DNA of 43,631 nt from Candidatus Cloacimonadota bacterium (GCA_029564175.1 JAKQQL010000024.1:1-43631), one strand, 5' to 3'; shown: positions 10,573 through 20,798, numbered from the stretch's first letter. Notes: generated by a model not told the origin, from the letters alone. Made by a program: numbers and translations.

Positions 10573-10743
10573 AACCTTCTCCTATAATCATCCTGGTTTT
10601 TTATAATTTAAGCATCATTATCTGTAATTACTTATTTGTCAATCTTTAAATCTGTTTTTGTTATGAAAATGCTCTCTTATCAGCAGAACCATGACTTCTG
10701 AACTGTATAAAGAGTTGTGAAAGAAATTGTGAAATCAAGAATA

Positions 10744-10774
10744 GCATTGCCTTCCCGTGATAGGATGGCAATGC
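10744..10774 (-). terminator. Hairpin just downstream of the lipocalin gene (probable terminator)
   Basis: GCATTGCC.TCC...GGA.GGCAATGC stem about 10 nt after the stop; weak T-tail. Confidence 0.5.
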
Positions 10775-10783
10775 GATATAAGC

Positions 10784-11290
10784 TTATTGTTTGATAATTC
10801 TATCTGTATCAAAGCCCTTTTCTTTGAGTGTTTTATAAATCTTTGCTTCTGTAACAATATCAAGCTGAGGGGTTCGGGACAATATCCACAGATACTTCAT
10901 TGAAGGTTCAGAGACCAGCGCATATTCATATTGATCCCCAATACCGACAATCCAGTAGTCGCCATAAAAGGGCCAGAAAAAAGTAACTTTCAACTTTGCA
11001 TTTGTCTTATTATCAACAATCTTAGCCTTTCCTCTGATAGACTTATATTTCCCCTGGGGATTATCTTTACGGCATTCATTAAATACTTCAATTTTCCCAT
11101 TGTCCAGTAAGGTATAAGTCGCTGTAGAGAGGTAACAATCTTTCTGAAAACGGTTTGGGTAGCGCCCTACTTCATACCATTTTCCTAAATAACGGTTAAT
11201 ATCCACTTGAGAGACAGTAGTCAGCTTGTTTTTCGCTGATAGCAAGTTAAAACTCATCAGTATAAGCGTTAAAAGCAAATAAATTCTCAT
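10784..11290 (-). CDS. blc: Bacterial lipocalin (Blc-like)
   Basis: RYLGKWYEV, LKVTFFWPFYGDYW and YLWILSRTP motifs; signal peptide. Confidence 0.9.
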   Translation of the reverse strand: MRIYLLLTLILMSFNLLSAKNKLTTVSQVDINRYLGKWYEVGRYPNRFQKDCYLSTATYTLLDNGKIEVFNECRKDNPQGKYKSIRGKAKIVDNKTNAKLKVTFFWPFYGDYWIVGIGDQYEYALVSEPSMKYLWILSRTPQLDIVTEAKIYKTLKEKGFDTDRIIKQ

Positions 11291-11363
11291 GATGACCTCC
11301 TACTCTTAATATAACAAAAACGCAGTTTTAAACAATAGTGAATTAGTTGTTTTTAAAAATAGC

Positions 11364-12056
11364 TTATTGCCAGCCCTTACCTGAAATATTTGTGATGTTA
11401 CCACAAGAAGTATTAATGAAGAAGATCTCTTTCAGGCGAGGCAGATCGGCCTTTTTTATTTGATTGTGAATCAATTTGTTTTGTTCGAGAGACATAATAA
11501 TCAGTTGTATACATTTACTGTCATCTTTCCAATAACTTTGGTGATCATTGAATGACTTGTACAATTTGTTAAAGACACCTGTTTCCTGTTTGTTACATAG
11601 AGTCCCTCGATTAGTATTTTTTAGTAAGTGTATATAAGCCCCATTTCCCTCTTCGTGTATAAGCTTAAAGATATCTTTTGCGATATTTTTAAGTGCTGTA
11701 TTAGAATATTTGAATTCCAGGTTTAATATTCTATTATATTTTGAGTTTTTTCTCTCAAAAATACACAAGTCCAGTAAAGCAGACTGACCCCCTTGTTTGA
11801 TATCATTATACGTTTTCCCGAAACTATATTTCATGATAGTAGGGGCTTCAATAGAGTAAAACAAGTCCGGATGGATTTTCTTAAGTTCTTCAATAAATAA
11901 AAGGCGAAGTTCCTGTTCAGAAATTCTTTTTTCTCCCTTAGCTTGATTAGTTTGTGGGAAAATCAAATTTTCTGATGCAGTTCCACCTTTTTTTTCATCA
12001 TCCATCTTTCTTAGACGTTTTAAACTGTTTTCACAAATATTTATTAAATTATTCAT
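11364..12056 (-). CDS. Hypothetical protein, possible PD-(D/E)xK restriction-endonuclease fold (~230 aa)
   Basis: SEQELR...LLDLCIF...LNLEFK spacing resembles the E...D...ExK catalytic core. Start moved to ATG 12056 (SD GGAG). Confidence 0.5.
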   Translation of the reverse strand: MNNLINICENSLKRLRKMDDEKKGGTASENLIFPQTNQAKGEKRISEQELRLLFIEELKKIHPDLFYSIEAPTIMKYSFGKTYNDIKQGGQSALLDLCIFERKNSKYNRILNLEFKYSNTALKNIAKDIFKLIHEEGNGAYIHLLKNTNRGTLCNKQETGVFNKLYKSFNDHQSYWKDDSKCIQLIIMSLEQNKLIHNQIKKADLPRLKEIFFINTSCGNITNISGKGWQ

Positions 12057-12168
12057 TCTTTCTCCCTTTCTGAAGTTAGTATTCAAATAAGCATATTTTA
12101 ATCCGATACGTCGTTGATCTGTGTAAGCAGTTTCTTTGCAAGCTGATTGATTATGTTACATATACTTA

Positions 12169-12314
12169 AACGACCAGGATGGTCGTTCTACAACGCCGTA
12201 TATCCGCAATTGAAACGTCTTTCAGCATACAGAGTCGGCTATAAGCAAGATGATCGTAATAAAGATATTTCGGATTTACGGCATTTCGCTGCGCTCCATT
12301 TCGCAAATCCCTAC
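12169..12314 (-). repeat. REP-like cluster: GTAG-AACGACC-ATCCT-GGTCGTT (12191-12169) and GTAG-GGATTTGCG...CGTAAATCCG (12314-12271)
   Basis: GTAG-footed palindromes homologous to copies at 5643, 5851, 39435 and 42587. Confidence 0.75.
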
Positions 12315-12386
12315 GGACCGTTTTTAATCTTCGCGTGAGCTTAAATATCAAAAAGCTGGATTGTAGCCTGTTTTACAATATTTATT

Positions 12387-14252
12387 TTACAGGAATTCTG
12401 TTTTATGCCGATGATGAAGAGGTATGCGTACCCGAATAGTCGTCCCTTTTTGAGGTTCTGATTCAACTTCAATTTGTCCTTGATGGAGCTCAACGAGGCG
12501 TTTGACGATAGACATCCCGAGTCCGGTAGATTTTTCTCCACGAACACCTGTTCGGCTGGCTTTTGAAAACTTTTCAAAAATATATGGCAGGCTTTCTTGC
12601 GGGATGCCAATACCGGAATCTTTGAAAATGATTTCCGCAAAATCTTTTTTATCTTTGGATACAGCGTGTGTGCGAATGCTTATCAAACCATTTGATGGTG
12701 TAAATTTGAGGGCATTACTAATCAGATTGATACAAATTTGCTGGAATTTTGTTTCGTTTACCATACATTGTAACGATCGGTTGCAGAAATTAAACTGGGT
12801 TTTAATTTGCTTCAAATCAGCATGTGCCTGGATCTGTGACTGATAAGTTCTGATTAGCAAGTTTACATCAATCGGTTTAAGAGTCAGCTGATAGTCTTTC
12901 ATCTCTATCTTACTGGCATCGAGAATATCTTTGACTAAGTCCAGGGATTTGACAGCAGAGTTTTCAATCATTTTCAGATAACGCTCATTTTTCTGATTGA
13001 GTTTATGATTTCTCATGAGTTCAATAATAGGTAAAATTGATCCAACAGAGTTTTTTAAATCATGAGAGACAATATTTAAGATGGCATCTTTGGAATTATT
13101 GAGCGCAATCAATTCTTCTTTTTGAGTCTCTATGGTCTGATTATAAATTTCAAGTTCAGTTGACCTCTTTTTATAAGTTTCCACTTCCTGGTGTTTAAAC
13201 TCATAATCGATTTTTGCTTTTTCTTCAGCAATCTTTTCGATATAATGAGATTTATGAACTTTTTCAGAATATTCGAGGCATAAGTGGAGTTCTTGATTCG
13301 CCGATTGAAAATCGTTAATCAGTTCATAATATTTAGAGCAGGTCTCATGAAAGAGAAAGAGGTCATGATTATTATCTATATGTTGGAGTAAGTCCTTACA
13401 CAAATCAAAATATTCTTTACAAACAGCTGGTTCGTTCATTTCCAGATATATGATAAAAATGGCATGTAAAACGGCAAACTGGAATCTTTTATCCTGGAGC
13501 TTTTTATTATATGCCAACGCCTTAAAGGCATAATTCAAGGCTTCGGAGAATCTTCGTATTGAGATATAGAGCGTTATCATATTCTGATAATTTGCCATCA
13601 GATTCACATGATTGAGCTTTTCATAAATGACAATGGCTCTTTTATGATAACCCAATGCCAATGCGTATTCTTTCTTAAAATGATAGACATTGGCCAGGTT
13701 TACAAAGGAATTGGCTAAATTGGCACTGTCTCCATATTTCCAGAGTATTTTTATCGCATTTTTCAGATAATAAACAGCATCGGTATTTTTATCAAGCTCG
13801 CATAAAACTGAACCAATATTATTAAACAGATTTGCTTTAAAGGTATCACCCTGCTGATCTGTTATAGATTTCAGCGCTTTATGGTAGTACACCAGCGCCA
13901 TATCCAGCTCTCCACTGTAAAAGTGAACATTCCCCATATTGTTGAAACAATTGGCTAAATGTGATAAATCATTTGCTGTTTCTGCGACATCTATCGCTTG
14001 TAAAAACCATTTTTTTGCCTGGTCTAATTTCTTTTGAAAACACAGATTTGCCCCAAGAATCCCCATGGCATGTATTTTATGAGTAGTGGAACTGTTTAGC
14101 TCAGAAAGATTTAATGCTTTTAATCCATATTCTTTGGCTAATGCAAAATCACCCTGAGATCTTGCATTATCACTGATAAGCAGTGCAATTTCAGTCTTTT
14201 TATGAAGATCTGTTTCTAAATCAAAAGCGAGTTTTCTTTCTTCTAAATCCAA
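12387..14252 (-). CDS. Cytoplasmic TPR-repeat sensor histidine kinase
   Basis: N-terminal TPRs (NNMGNVHF, NNIGSVL, NLANVY); H-box SHDLKN; N-box NLISNALKFT; DSGIGI and GLGMSIVK; no TM or receiver domain seen. Confidence 0.92.
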   Translation of the reverse strand: MDLEERKLAFDLETDLHKKTEIALLISDNARSQGDFALAKEYGLKALNLSELNSSTTHKIHAMGILGANLCFQKKLDQAKKWFLQAIDVAETANDLSHLANCFNNMGNVHFYSGELDMALVYYHKALKSITDQQGDTFKANLFNNIGSVLCELDKNTDAVYYLKNAIKILWKYGDSANLANSFVNLANVYHFKKEYALALGYHKRAIVIYEKLNHVNLMANYQNMITLYISIRRFSEALNYAFKALAYNKKLQDKRFQFAVLHAIFIIYLEMNEPAVCKEYFDLCKDLLQHIDNNHDLFLFHETCSKYYELINDFQSANQELHLCLEYSEKVHKSHYIEKIAEEKAKIDYEFKHQEVETYKKRSTELEIYNQTIETQKEELIALNNSKDAILNIVSHDLKNSVGSILPIIELMRNHKLNQKNERYLKMIENSAVKSLDLVKDILDASKIEMKDYQLTLKPIDVNLLIRTYQSQIQAHADLKQIKTQFNFCNRSLQCMVNETKFQQICINLISNALKFTPSNGLISIRTHAVSKDKKDFAEIIFKDSGIGIPQESLPYIFEKFSKASRTGVRGEKSTGLGMSIVKRLVELHQGQIEVESEPQKGTTIRVRIPLHHRHKTEFL

Positions 14253-14340
14253 TTTACACTCCTTTATACTAATCTTATGAATAGTATAACAATTTCTTTT
14301 AAAATGTCAAGAAAATTATCAGATAATAAAAAAAAGGTAT

Positions 14341-15636
14341 TTACCTTTCTGCTTTTATCAGCGGCTTTTTCCCAGCTTCAAAAACCAGTCTTTTGTATAA
14401 TTGCTCAACATCAGGCTTTTGTCTGATTGGCTTACCCGTGCAGATTTCTTTACATTTTACAAAGATATCGCTCAATACCCCAATTTGTTCATAAAAACTT
14501 TCTTCAGTATTCATATTCCAAAGATTGCATACTAACAACATGGTAAAATCCTCTTCCGGACTGTAAAACATAAAACTCAAATAACCTGCGATTGCTCCAG
14601 TATGACCATAGCCCATTCCATTTACATAAGTGGTTCCAAACCCATAATCTGAATTCGCCCCTGAACCCTGTCTCATCTGCTGAACTGTTGAAAGTGGAAG
14701 ACCAGCCTGACCTTTTTGCCAGGTTTTTAACCAGGTCAGTAAATCCAGAGAAGTCGTAACAAGATTTCCTTGAGCAAACTCGTAAGAAAAATTCTGTTTT
14801 CGGCAATCAATCAGAGTTTGGTTATACAAGATTTTACCACTGATGTAAGGCTCAGAAAGCATGCTGTTTGTACTGAGGGGAAAGGTCGTATATAAAAGTG
14901 AATTGGGGATTAAGAGATTTTTACTGACAAAATCCTGATAAGATTGTCCTGAAACTCTTTCTATGATAATTCCCAACAGACTATAGCCTGTATTTGTATA
15001 TTGAAAGCCCGAATCTGGACTAAAATCACATAGTTGATGACGTGAAATGACTCTGAATAATTCATCCATAGAAAACGTATAAGCAGGGAAAAATGATTCC
15101 ATAAACATTAGGTAGTTTTGTCCGGCATAAACGGCATTACAAGTGTCTGGTATTGGGAAATTTGTCAAATCAAACACACCCGCCCGATGCTCAAGCAGTT
15201 GTCGGATTGTAATTTGATTTTTATATGGGATGTTGTAATCGCTATTGTTTGGGATATAAGAGTCTGATTTTCCGGGAATCGTATCTGTGATGCAATCGTT
15301 AATATTGAGTAATCCTCTCTGCTGAAGCAACATAATCGACGAAGCCGTATATGTTTTGGTATTACTTGCTCCTCTGAAAAATGAATGAATGTTTACATCC
15401 TGAGTGAGTCCTGATTTAGCAAACAAAAGCCCTTGAGAGGTAAATGCACTGATGGCAAGCCCTCCGTAACTGAGATTGTTTTCAGCGACATATTCTCCCC
15501 ATATCGAATCGATACATGTCGTTACCCTGCTTTGAATTTCTGGCAGTGTAACGCCTGTTTCTGTTGTTTTTTGGGTACATCCGGTCATGATCAAACAAAA
15601 GAGTAATAGGCTCAAAAACAATTGGTATGGCTTCAT
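14341..15636 (-). CDS. Serine hydrolase, beta-lactamase/class C PBP family lipoprotein
   Basis: SxxK (ASNTK), LLEHRAG, YxN (YTNTGY) and HTG triad; lipobox MTGC; SD GGAGG before ATG 15636. Confidence 0.88.
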   Translation of the reverse strand: MKPYQLFLSLLLFCLIMTGCTQKTTETGVTLPEIQSRVTTCIDSIWGEYVAENNLSYGGLAISAFTSQGLLFAKSGLTQDVNIHSFFRGASNTKTYTASSIMLLQQRGLLNINDCITDTIPGKSDSYIPNNSDYNIPYKNQITIRQLLEHRAGVFDLTNFPIPDTCNAVYAGQNYLMFMESFFPAYTFSMDELFRVISRHQLCDFSPDSGFQYTNTGYSLLGIIIERVSGQSYQDFVSKNLLIPNSLLYTTFPLSTNSMLSEPYISGKILYNQTLIDCRKQNFSYEFAQGNLVTTSLDLLTWLKTWQKGQAGLPLSTVQQMRQGSGANSDYGFGTTYVNGMGYGHTGAIAGYLSFMFYSPEEDFTMLLVCNLWNMNTEESFYEQIGVLSDIFVKCKEICTGKPIRQKPDVEQLYKRLVFEAGKKPLIKAER

Positions 15637-15818
15637 TTTCACCTCCAATAACTGTGAAGATAGTACTTTCGAAAAATAAAGTCAAGACTTTTCTCTGATC
15701 GCCCTGATTGAACTCTATTTATTAGCCATAAGGGCTCTTATTCAAAGCAGTAAAAGTCAACGGAAAGTCGTTTTATAAATGAGTTACGATCATTTTCTGC
15801 AGGAACGAAAGAATATTG

Positions 15819-15847
15819 TTGACAAAAGAATCCGTATGTGGTAAAAA
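15819..15847 (+). promoter_or_regulatory. Sigma70 promoter of serA (TTGACA-17-TAAAAT)
   Basis: Near-consensus boxes with a 17-bp spacer, about 35 nt upstream of the start codon. Confidence 0.75.
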
Positions 15848-15881
15848 TGACACAAAATAACAAATCCAAAAGGAGTTATCT

Positions 15882-16805
15882 ATGTCAAAAAAGATTTTAC
15901 TCGCTACAGAAAAGGCTTTTGCTAAGCCAGCAGTTGATGGTATCTGTGATATTTTCAACAAAGCAGGTTATGAACTGATTAAGCTTGAAAACTATGCCAA
16001 TCCATTAGAACTGGTAAAAGCAATTGAGCTGGTGGATGGGGTCATTATCCGCAGTGATATGGTGACCGAAGAAGTGGTCAATGCGGCAAAGAATCTGAAA
16101 ATCGTAGTTCGTGCAGGTGCAGGTTATGACAATATCAATCTTGAAGCATGTACCGCAAAAGGGATTACAGCAATGAATACTCCAGGTCAGAATTCCAATG
16201 CAGTGGCAGAGCTCGCTTTTGGCATGATGGTATATTTGGCACGTAATGCATTCAACGGTAAAAGCGGTACTGAATTACGCGGAAAAAAAATAGGTATTCA
16301 TGCTTATGGCAACGTTGGTTATTATGTTGCGCAGATAGCGAAAGGTTTTGGCATGGAAGTCTATGCATTTGACCCATTTGTAAGTGCTGAAAGAATGGAA
16401 AAAGACGGCATTAAAAAAGTGGAAGATGTCAAAGAATTATATAAGACTTGCGAATACATTTCATTACATTTACCTAAGACAAAAGAAACTGTAAAATCAA
16501 TCAATTATGATTTGCTCTCACTGATGCCACAGGGTGCCTGCCTGGTCAACACAGCCCGTAAAGAAGTTGTTTGCGAAGATTCTATCCTCAGACTTTTTGA
16601 AGAAAGAAAAGACTTCAAATATGCCACCGATATCGAATCTGATAAAAACGCTGAAATGGCAAAATATTTACCACGTTATTTCGCTACTCCTAAAAAAATG
16701 GGTGCTCAGACTGAAGAAGCGAATATTAACGCAGGACTTGCCGCTGCAAAACAAATCGTTAATTTCTTCGAAAATGGCGATATCAGCTTTAAAGTAAACA
16801 AATAA
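15882..16805 (+). CDS. serA: D-3-phosphoglycerate dehydrogenase, short form without ACT domain (D-2-hydroxyacid dehydrogenase family)
   Basis: IIRSD, VRAGAGYDN, MNTPGQNSNAVAEL, GIHAYGNVG, LVNTAR and KKMGAQTEEA motifs. Confidence 0.85.
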   Translation: MSKKILLATEKAFAKPAVDGICDIFNKAGYELIKLENYANPLELVKAIELVDGVIIRSDMVTEEVVNAAKNLKIVVRAGAGYDNINLEACTAKGITAMNTPGQNSNAVAELAFGMMVYLARNAFNGKSGTELRGKKIGIHAYGNVGYYVAQIAKGFGMEVYAFDPFVSAERMEKDGIKKVEDVKELYKTCEYISLHLPKTKETVKSINYDLLSLMPQGACLVNTARKEVVCEDSILRLFEERKDFKYATDIESDKNAEMAKYLPRYFATPKKMGAQTEEANINAGLAAAKQIVNFFENGDISFKVNK

Positions 16806-16825
16806 AGCTTTTTTAAACTCAGTTT

Positions 16826-16850
16826 TCCCCTCTTCGGAGGGGATTTTTTT
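16826..16850 (+). terminator. Rho-independent terminator after serA
   Basis: TCCCCTC-TTCG-GAGGGGA followed by T7. Confidence 0.9.
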
Positions 16851-17060
16851 ATTTTCTCTTCAAATTAATAAACGATTATGTTTTCAGATAATGAATGGAG
16901 TAATCTATTAAAGTGAACCTGAGTAAATTCAAAATATTTCATGTAATCTGAGCCTGTTTTTATCGGTTCACTCCCAAATGCATCCTAAAGGAAGCCTATA
17001 AGAATATTTTATTGCTAATAGATTAAAATAAAAACAATAAAAAGTCAGTTTTCCTTTTTT

Positions 17061-17077
17061 TTGGTACATATTATGCA
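17061..17077 (+). promoter_or_regulatory. Candidate sigma-54 (-24/-12) promoter TTGGTACATATTATGCA
   Basis: GG-N10-GC spacing with TGG.AC and TGCA, 30 nt upstream of the first ORF of the tldD operon. Confidence 0.5.
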
Positions 17078-17106
17078 TATTGATTTTATCATAAAGGGAG
17101 GCAACA

Positions 17107-17310
17107 ATGAGTTATACAAAAAAAAGCAGATTATTTTTTGGTGTGGGAATGTTTTTAGCATTACAATATCAAGTTTTAAGATTATTAGGAATTGTACAAC
17201 TCAATCAGGGCTGGGTATGGAAAAATGATATGCCTGCTATGTTGGGTGTTCTTGGAACAATATTGATGTTTGTTGGCTTATTTTATCATTTCAAAAGCAA
17301 AAATAAATAA
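17107..17310 (+). CDS. Small two-TM membrane protein (67 aa)
   Basis: Strong SD (AAGGGAGG), two hydrophobic stretches, basic termini; abuts tldD. Confidence 0.7.
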   Translation: MSYTKKSRLFFGVGMFLALQYQVLRLLGIVQLNQGWVWKNDMPAMLGVLGTILMFVGLFYHFKSKNK

Positions 17311-17322
17311 AGAGAGGTGCAG

Positions 17323-18765
17323 ATGAAGTATCTTGAAATGGCGATGGAAAAGGCAGTTCAGCTCGGTGCTGATTATGCAGACATTCGTATTCAGAAGACC
17401 ACTTCCGAGTCGATTTACTTACAGAATTTTAGTGTAAAGGAATCGAATCAGAACGTGCTTTATGGTTATGGCATTCGCATTATGAAAGACGGTGCCTGGG
17501 GTTTTGCCCACAGTAATATTTTTACCGATGAAGCACTGGTAAAAACAGTTCAAAAAGCATTTGAAACAGCGAAGCTATCTGCATTGGTAAAAAATGGAGC
17601 AGGCTTACGTTTAGCTAATGAAAAAAGTTACGATGCTACATATCGTACCCCTTTCAAAATAGACCCTTTTAATATTCCATTAAAAGAAAAAGCAGAATTA
17701 TTCATGGAAATTAACCGCCGTATGCTCAACTATAAAGAAATTAAAAAAGCGGTGACTTTCTTTAATGCCCAAAAAGATGAAAAACTTTATGCCTCAACTC
17801 TGGGAACTCGTCTGGATATCAATACGCTTTATATTAATCCCATGGTTACAGCTTATGCCATGACAGATACAGACACACAGAGCCGTACCTTTGATGAAGG
17901 CGGACGTAATACCGGTTGGGAATGGCTGGAAGATCTCAATCTGCTTGAAAAATCTAAATACATTGCAGAAGAAGCGATTATGAAGGTTCATGCCGATGAA
18001 ATCGGTGAAGAAAAACGCCGTTCTCTTATCCTTGACCCAAATCATCTGGGATTAACCATGCACGAATCAGTGGGTCATCCGACCGAATTAGACCGTGTTT
18101 TAGGCTGGGAAGCTGATTTTGCAGGCATCTCATTTGCTACGCCTGAAAAGCTTGGTAATTATCAGTACGGTTCTAAAATCGTCAACTTTGTCGGAGATAA
18201 TACCTTAGAAGGTGGACTAGCAACTGCCGGTTTTGATGATGATGGCGTACCTGGTCAAAAATGGCACATCATCAAAGACGGTATTCTCAAAGAATATGGT
18301 ACGACCCGCGAAACAGCACCGATCATTGGTCTGGATTACTCACGTGGTTGTAATCGTGCCACTCACTATTATGATCAGCCAATTAACCGTATCCCTAATC
18401 TTTATCTCTTGCCTGGCAAAGAAGAATTAAGCCCTGCCCAGCTCATCAATGATACCGAAGATGGCGTTTATATTCAGGGTCGTGGTTCATTCTCAATTGA
18501 TCAGCACAGAGTCAATTTCCAGTTCGGTGGTGATTTCTTCTGGGAAATTAAAGACGGCAAGCTGATCAGACCACTTAAAAAAGTACTGTACCGTTCCAAT
18601 AATCCGGAATTCTGGAATGCTTGCGATGCGATTTGTGATAAACGCTTCTGGCAGCCATTTGGCGTTGTAAACTGTGGGAAAGGTCAGCCGGGACAAAGAG
18701 GCCGTATGACTCATGGTGCAGCCCCTGCCCGATTCAGAAATATCCGTGTTGGAGGTTCTAAATGA
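17323..18765 (+). CDS. tldD: TldD family metalloprotease
   Basis: GADYADIR, HESVGHPTELDR (HExxGH), FDDDGV, NFQFG and CGKGQP motifs; ATG 17323 after SD GAGG. Confidence 0.92.
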   Translation: MKYLEMAMEKAVQLGADYADIRIQKTTSESIYLQNFSVKESNQNVLYGYGIRIMKDGAWGFAHSNIFTDEALVKTVQKAFETAKLSALVKNGAGLRLANEKSYDATYRTPFKIDPFNIPLKEKAELFMEINRRMLNYKEIKKAVTFFNAQKDEKLYASTLGTRLDINTLYINPMVTAYAMTDTDTQSRTFDEGGRNTGWEWLEDLNLLEKSKYIAEEAIMKVHADEIGEEKRRSLILDPNHLGLTMHESVGHPTELDRVLGWEADFAGISFATPEKLGNYQYGSKIVNFVGDNTLEGGLATAGFDDDGVPGQKWHIIKDGILKEYGTTRETAPIIGLDYSRGCNRATHYYDQPINRIPNLYLLPGKEELSPAQLINDTEDGVYIQGRGSFSIDQHRVNFQFGGDFFWEIKDGKLIRPLKKVLYRSNNPEFWNACDAICDKRFWQPFGVVNCGKGQPGQRGRMTHGAAPARFRNIRVGGSK

Positions 18766-20039
18766 AAGAATTAGTTTCAAAAATACAGCAAATCGTCTTG
18801 TCAACGTCCAGGGCAGATGATTTTGAATTATGGATTTCATTCTCAGACAGCTATGATGCCCGCTTTGCCCAGAATGCGATTTCACATCACATGAGTGGTC
18901 AAAATCTGTCTGTTTTTTATAAAGCTGTGATTGATCAGAAAGTAGCCTCTTCAACTGTTAACCAGTACGATGAAGAAACGATAAAAAACCTGGTTTACAA
19001 TACCGAAGAACTGGCTAAAATCAATCAGCCAGACCCTGAATATGCTGAGACTTTATCCAAAAAAGCTTATCCTCAGGTCAACAACATGATTCCAGAAACC
19101 GTAGCACTCAGCCCTGAAAAAGTCATTGATATTATCAAGACCTCAATTGAATTTTCCAAAGAAAAAGGGACATTGCTCTCTGGTATATTCTCCAAATCTC
19201 AGGAGACGTTCTTTTATCTGACAAAAAATGGTTTTGAAGGCACTTATGAAACCTGCAGTTTTGACTTTTCAATGACGATGAAAAAAGAAGAGTGCGAAAC
19301 AAAGATTTCTGTTTCAGGCAAAGATTTCACAAAGTTTGATTTGCAAAAAGAACTGAATCGTCTTTTTGAGCAGTTTTCAGCACTTAGCAAACCGGTTCAG
19401 ATGGAACCAGAAACGATTAACGTCATTCTCAGACCTCAGGCAGTTGCCAACCTGGTCATGTTTTTAGGCTGGATTTTGGACAGACGTATGGCAGATGATG
19501 GGATTACACCTTTTAAAGGTCAGATAGGCAAAGCATTCTTTGGAGAGAAGTTTAGCATTTCCACACTGGCTGAAGATGACAGTATGACGATTTATCCATT
19601 CACTTCAGATGCTGTGCTAAAAGCGATTGACTGGGTAAAAAACGGCGTGATCAACAGTTTGCCAATGAGCCGTTCTTATGCGAAAATGATTGGTGATGAA
19701 GCTGGACAAATGCTTAATATGTATATCCCCGGTGAAGATATCAGTGAAGAAGACATGATGAAAATGGCTGGGCGTGGGCTGATTATCAATAATCTCTGGT
19801 ATATTCGACCCAATGATATGAGAACCGCTGACTTTACCGGTATGACCCGTGATGGCGTGCTTTATTTTGAAAACGGAGAAGTGAAACATTCCGTAAATAA
19901 TTTCCGCTTTAATGAAAAATTGCATGAAATCACTCATCGAATATTAGCCCTGGGAGAAAGCCTCATTTGTGAAAATACAATAAAAGTCCCTTCATTTTTG
20001 ATTAAAGACTTCAATTTTGTGGATAAGACCAATTTCTAG
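18762..20039 (+). CDS. pmbA: PmbA/TldE family non-catalytic partner
   Basis: ARFAQNAI, VILRPQAV, WYIR, FTGMTRDG, FRFNE and KVPS motifs; lacks HExxxH; 4-nt overlap with tldD. Confidence 0.8.
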   Translation: MKELVSKIQQIVLSTSRADDFELWISFSDSYDARFAQNAISHHMSGQNLSVFYKAVIDQKVASSTVNQYDEETIKNLVYNTEELAKINQPDPEYAETLSKKAYPQVNNMIPETVALSPEKVIDIIKTSIEFSKEKGTLLSGIFSKSQETFFYLTKNGFEGTYETCSFDFSMTMKKEECETKISVSGKDFTKFDLQKELNRLFEQFSALSKPVQMEPETINVILRPQAVANLVMFLGWILDRRMADDGITPFKGQIGKAFFGEKFSISTLAEDDSMTIYPFTSDAVLKAIDWVKNGVINSLPMSRSYAKMIGDEAGQMLNMYIPGEDISEEDMMKMAGRGLIINNLWYIRPNDMRTADFTGMTRDGVLYFENGEVKHSVNNFRFNEKLHEITHRILALGESLICENTIKVPSFLIKDFNFVDKTNF

Positions 20040-20047
20040 GCCCCTTT

Positions 20048-20665
20048 ATGAAAAAAAAGATTAACACGCTGCCACTTGTATATCCGATTCCAATCGTGCT
20101 GATTGGTACCCAACACAATGGCATCAATAATTTTACTACCATTGGCGATGTGGCTGTCATGGGAATTAATCCGCCTATTGTCGTGATTTCTCTGCTAGAT
20201 ACGCATTTCAGCACAGAAGCCGTTCTGCTCAACAGAAGCTTTTCCATTAATATTCCTAAAACGGAACTCATGGAAAAAGCCGATTATTGCGGGATGTATT
20301 CTGGTCGTGATACTGACAAAGGCTCACTATTCGAAGTGGTTTACGGGGATAACCGCCTGAACCCGATGATTGGAGAATGCCCCTGTTCAATGGAATGTGA
20401 AGTCTTAAAACATCTGATCATCGAAAGACGTCATATCTTCATCGCAAAGGTGACAAGTACCTGGCTGGACGATCAGTTTCAGGAAAATTTAAACAACCGA
20501 ACCTTGCCTAATCTGCGACAGCTCGATCCGCTGATTTATGGAATGGATAATGCATATTATTCTATTGGTCAGATCATTGGAAAAGGCTATCAGGAAGGCA
20601 AACAAATAATACATCAACGCTATATGCGAATGGAGAAAGGAGATACTAATGACTTCCCAGAATAA
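20048..20665 (+). CDS. Flavin reductase (flavoredoxin/DIM6-NTAB) family protein
   Basis: YPIPIVLIG, FSINIP, DYCGMYSGRDTDK, PMIGECP..MEC and DPLIY motifs. Confidence 0.88.
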   Translation: MKKKINTLPLVYPIPIVLIGTQHNGINNFTTIGDVAVMGINPPIVVISLLDTHFSTEAVLLNRSFSINIPKTELMEKADYCGMYSGRDTDKGSLFEVVYGDNRLNPMIGECPCSMECEVLKHLIIERRHIFIAKVTSTWLDDQFQENLNNRTLPNLRQLDPLIYGMDNAYYSIGQIIGKGYQEGKQIIHQRYMRMEKGDTNDFPE

Positions 20666-20789
20666 CTTCATAAGCCATATCAGGAAGCTTCTTGGTATCG
20701 CTGTACCTGCTTCTCCAGATGCTTTACCTATCGGATATTTACTGGAACAACATACTTCCGGTGGATCCGACAAAAAACACTGGAGATAA
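20649..20789 (+). CDS. Candidate 46-aa small ORF not in the ORF track (MTSQNNFISHIRKLLGIAVPASPDALPIGYLLEQHTSGGSDKKHWR)
   Basis: SD AAGGAG 6 nt before the ATG; overlaps the upstream stop; terminator about 10 nt after its own stop. Confidence 0.4.
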   Translation: MTSQNNFISHIRKLLGIAVPASPDALPIGYLLEQHTSGGSDKKHWR

Positions 20790-20798
20790 ACAGTATTT

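Noticed and set aside
10573..10783. Cobalamin riboswitch upstream of mutA (CGGGAAGGC seen on the minus strand)
   Set aside because: The motif is part of the lipocalin terminator hairpin. Other conserved B12-element features are absent, and it lies upstream of the mutA promoter.
10784..12056. Integron cassette array (lipocalin plus hypothetical gene)
   Set aside because: No convincing attC (RYYYAAC...GTTRRRY with inner boxes) and no integrase.
14341..15636. True beta-lactam resistance gene
   Set aside because: The motifs only place it in the broad serine hydrolase/PBP family. The substrate cannot be inferred.
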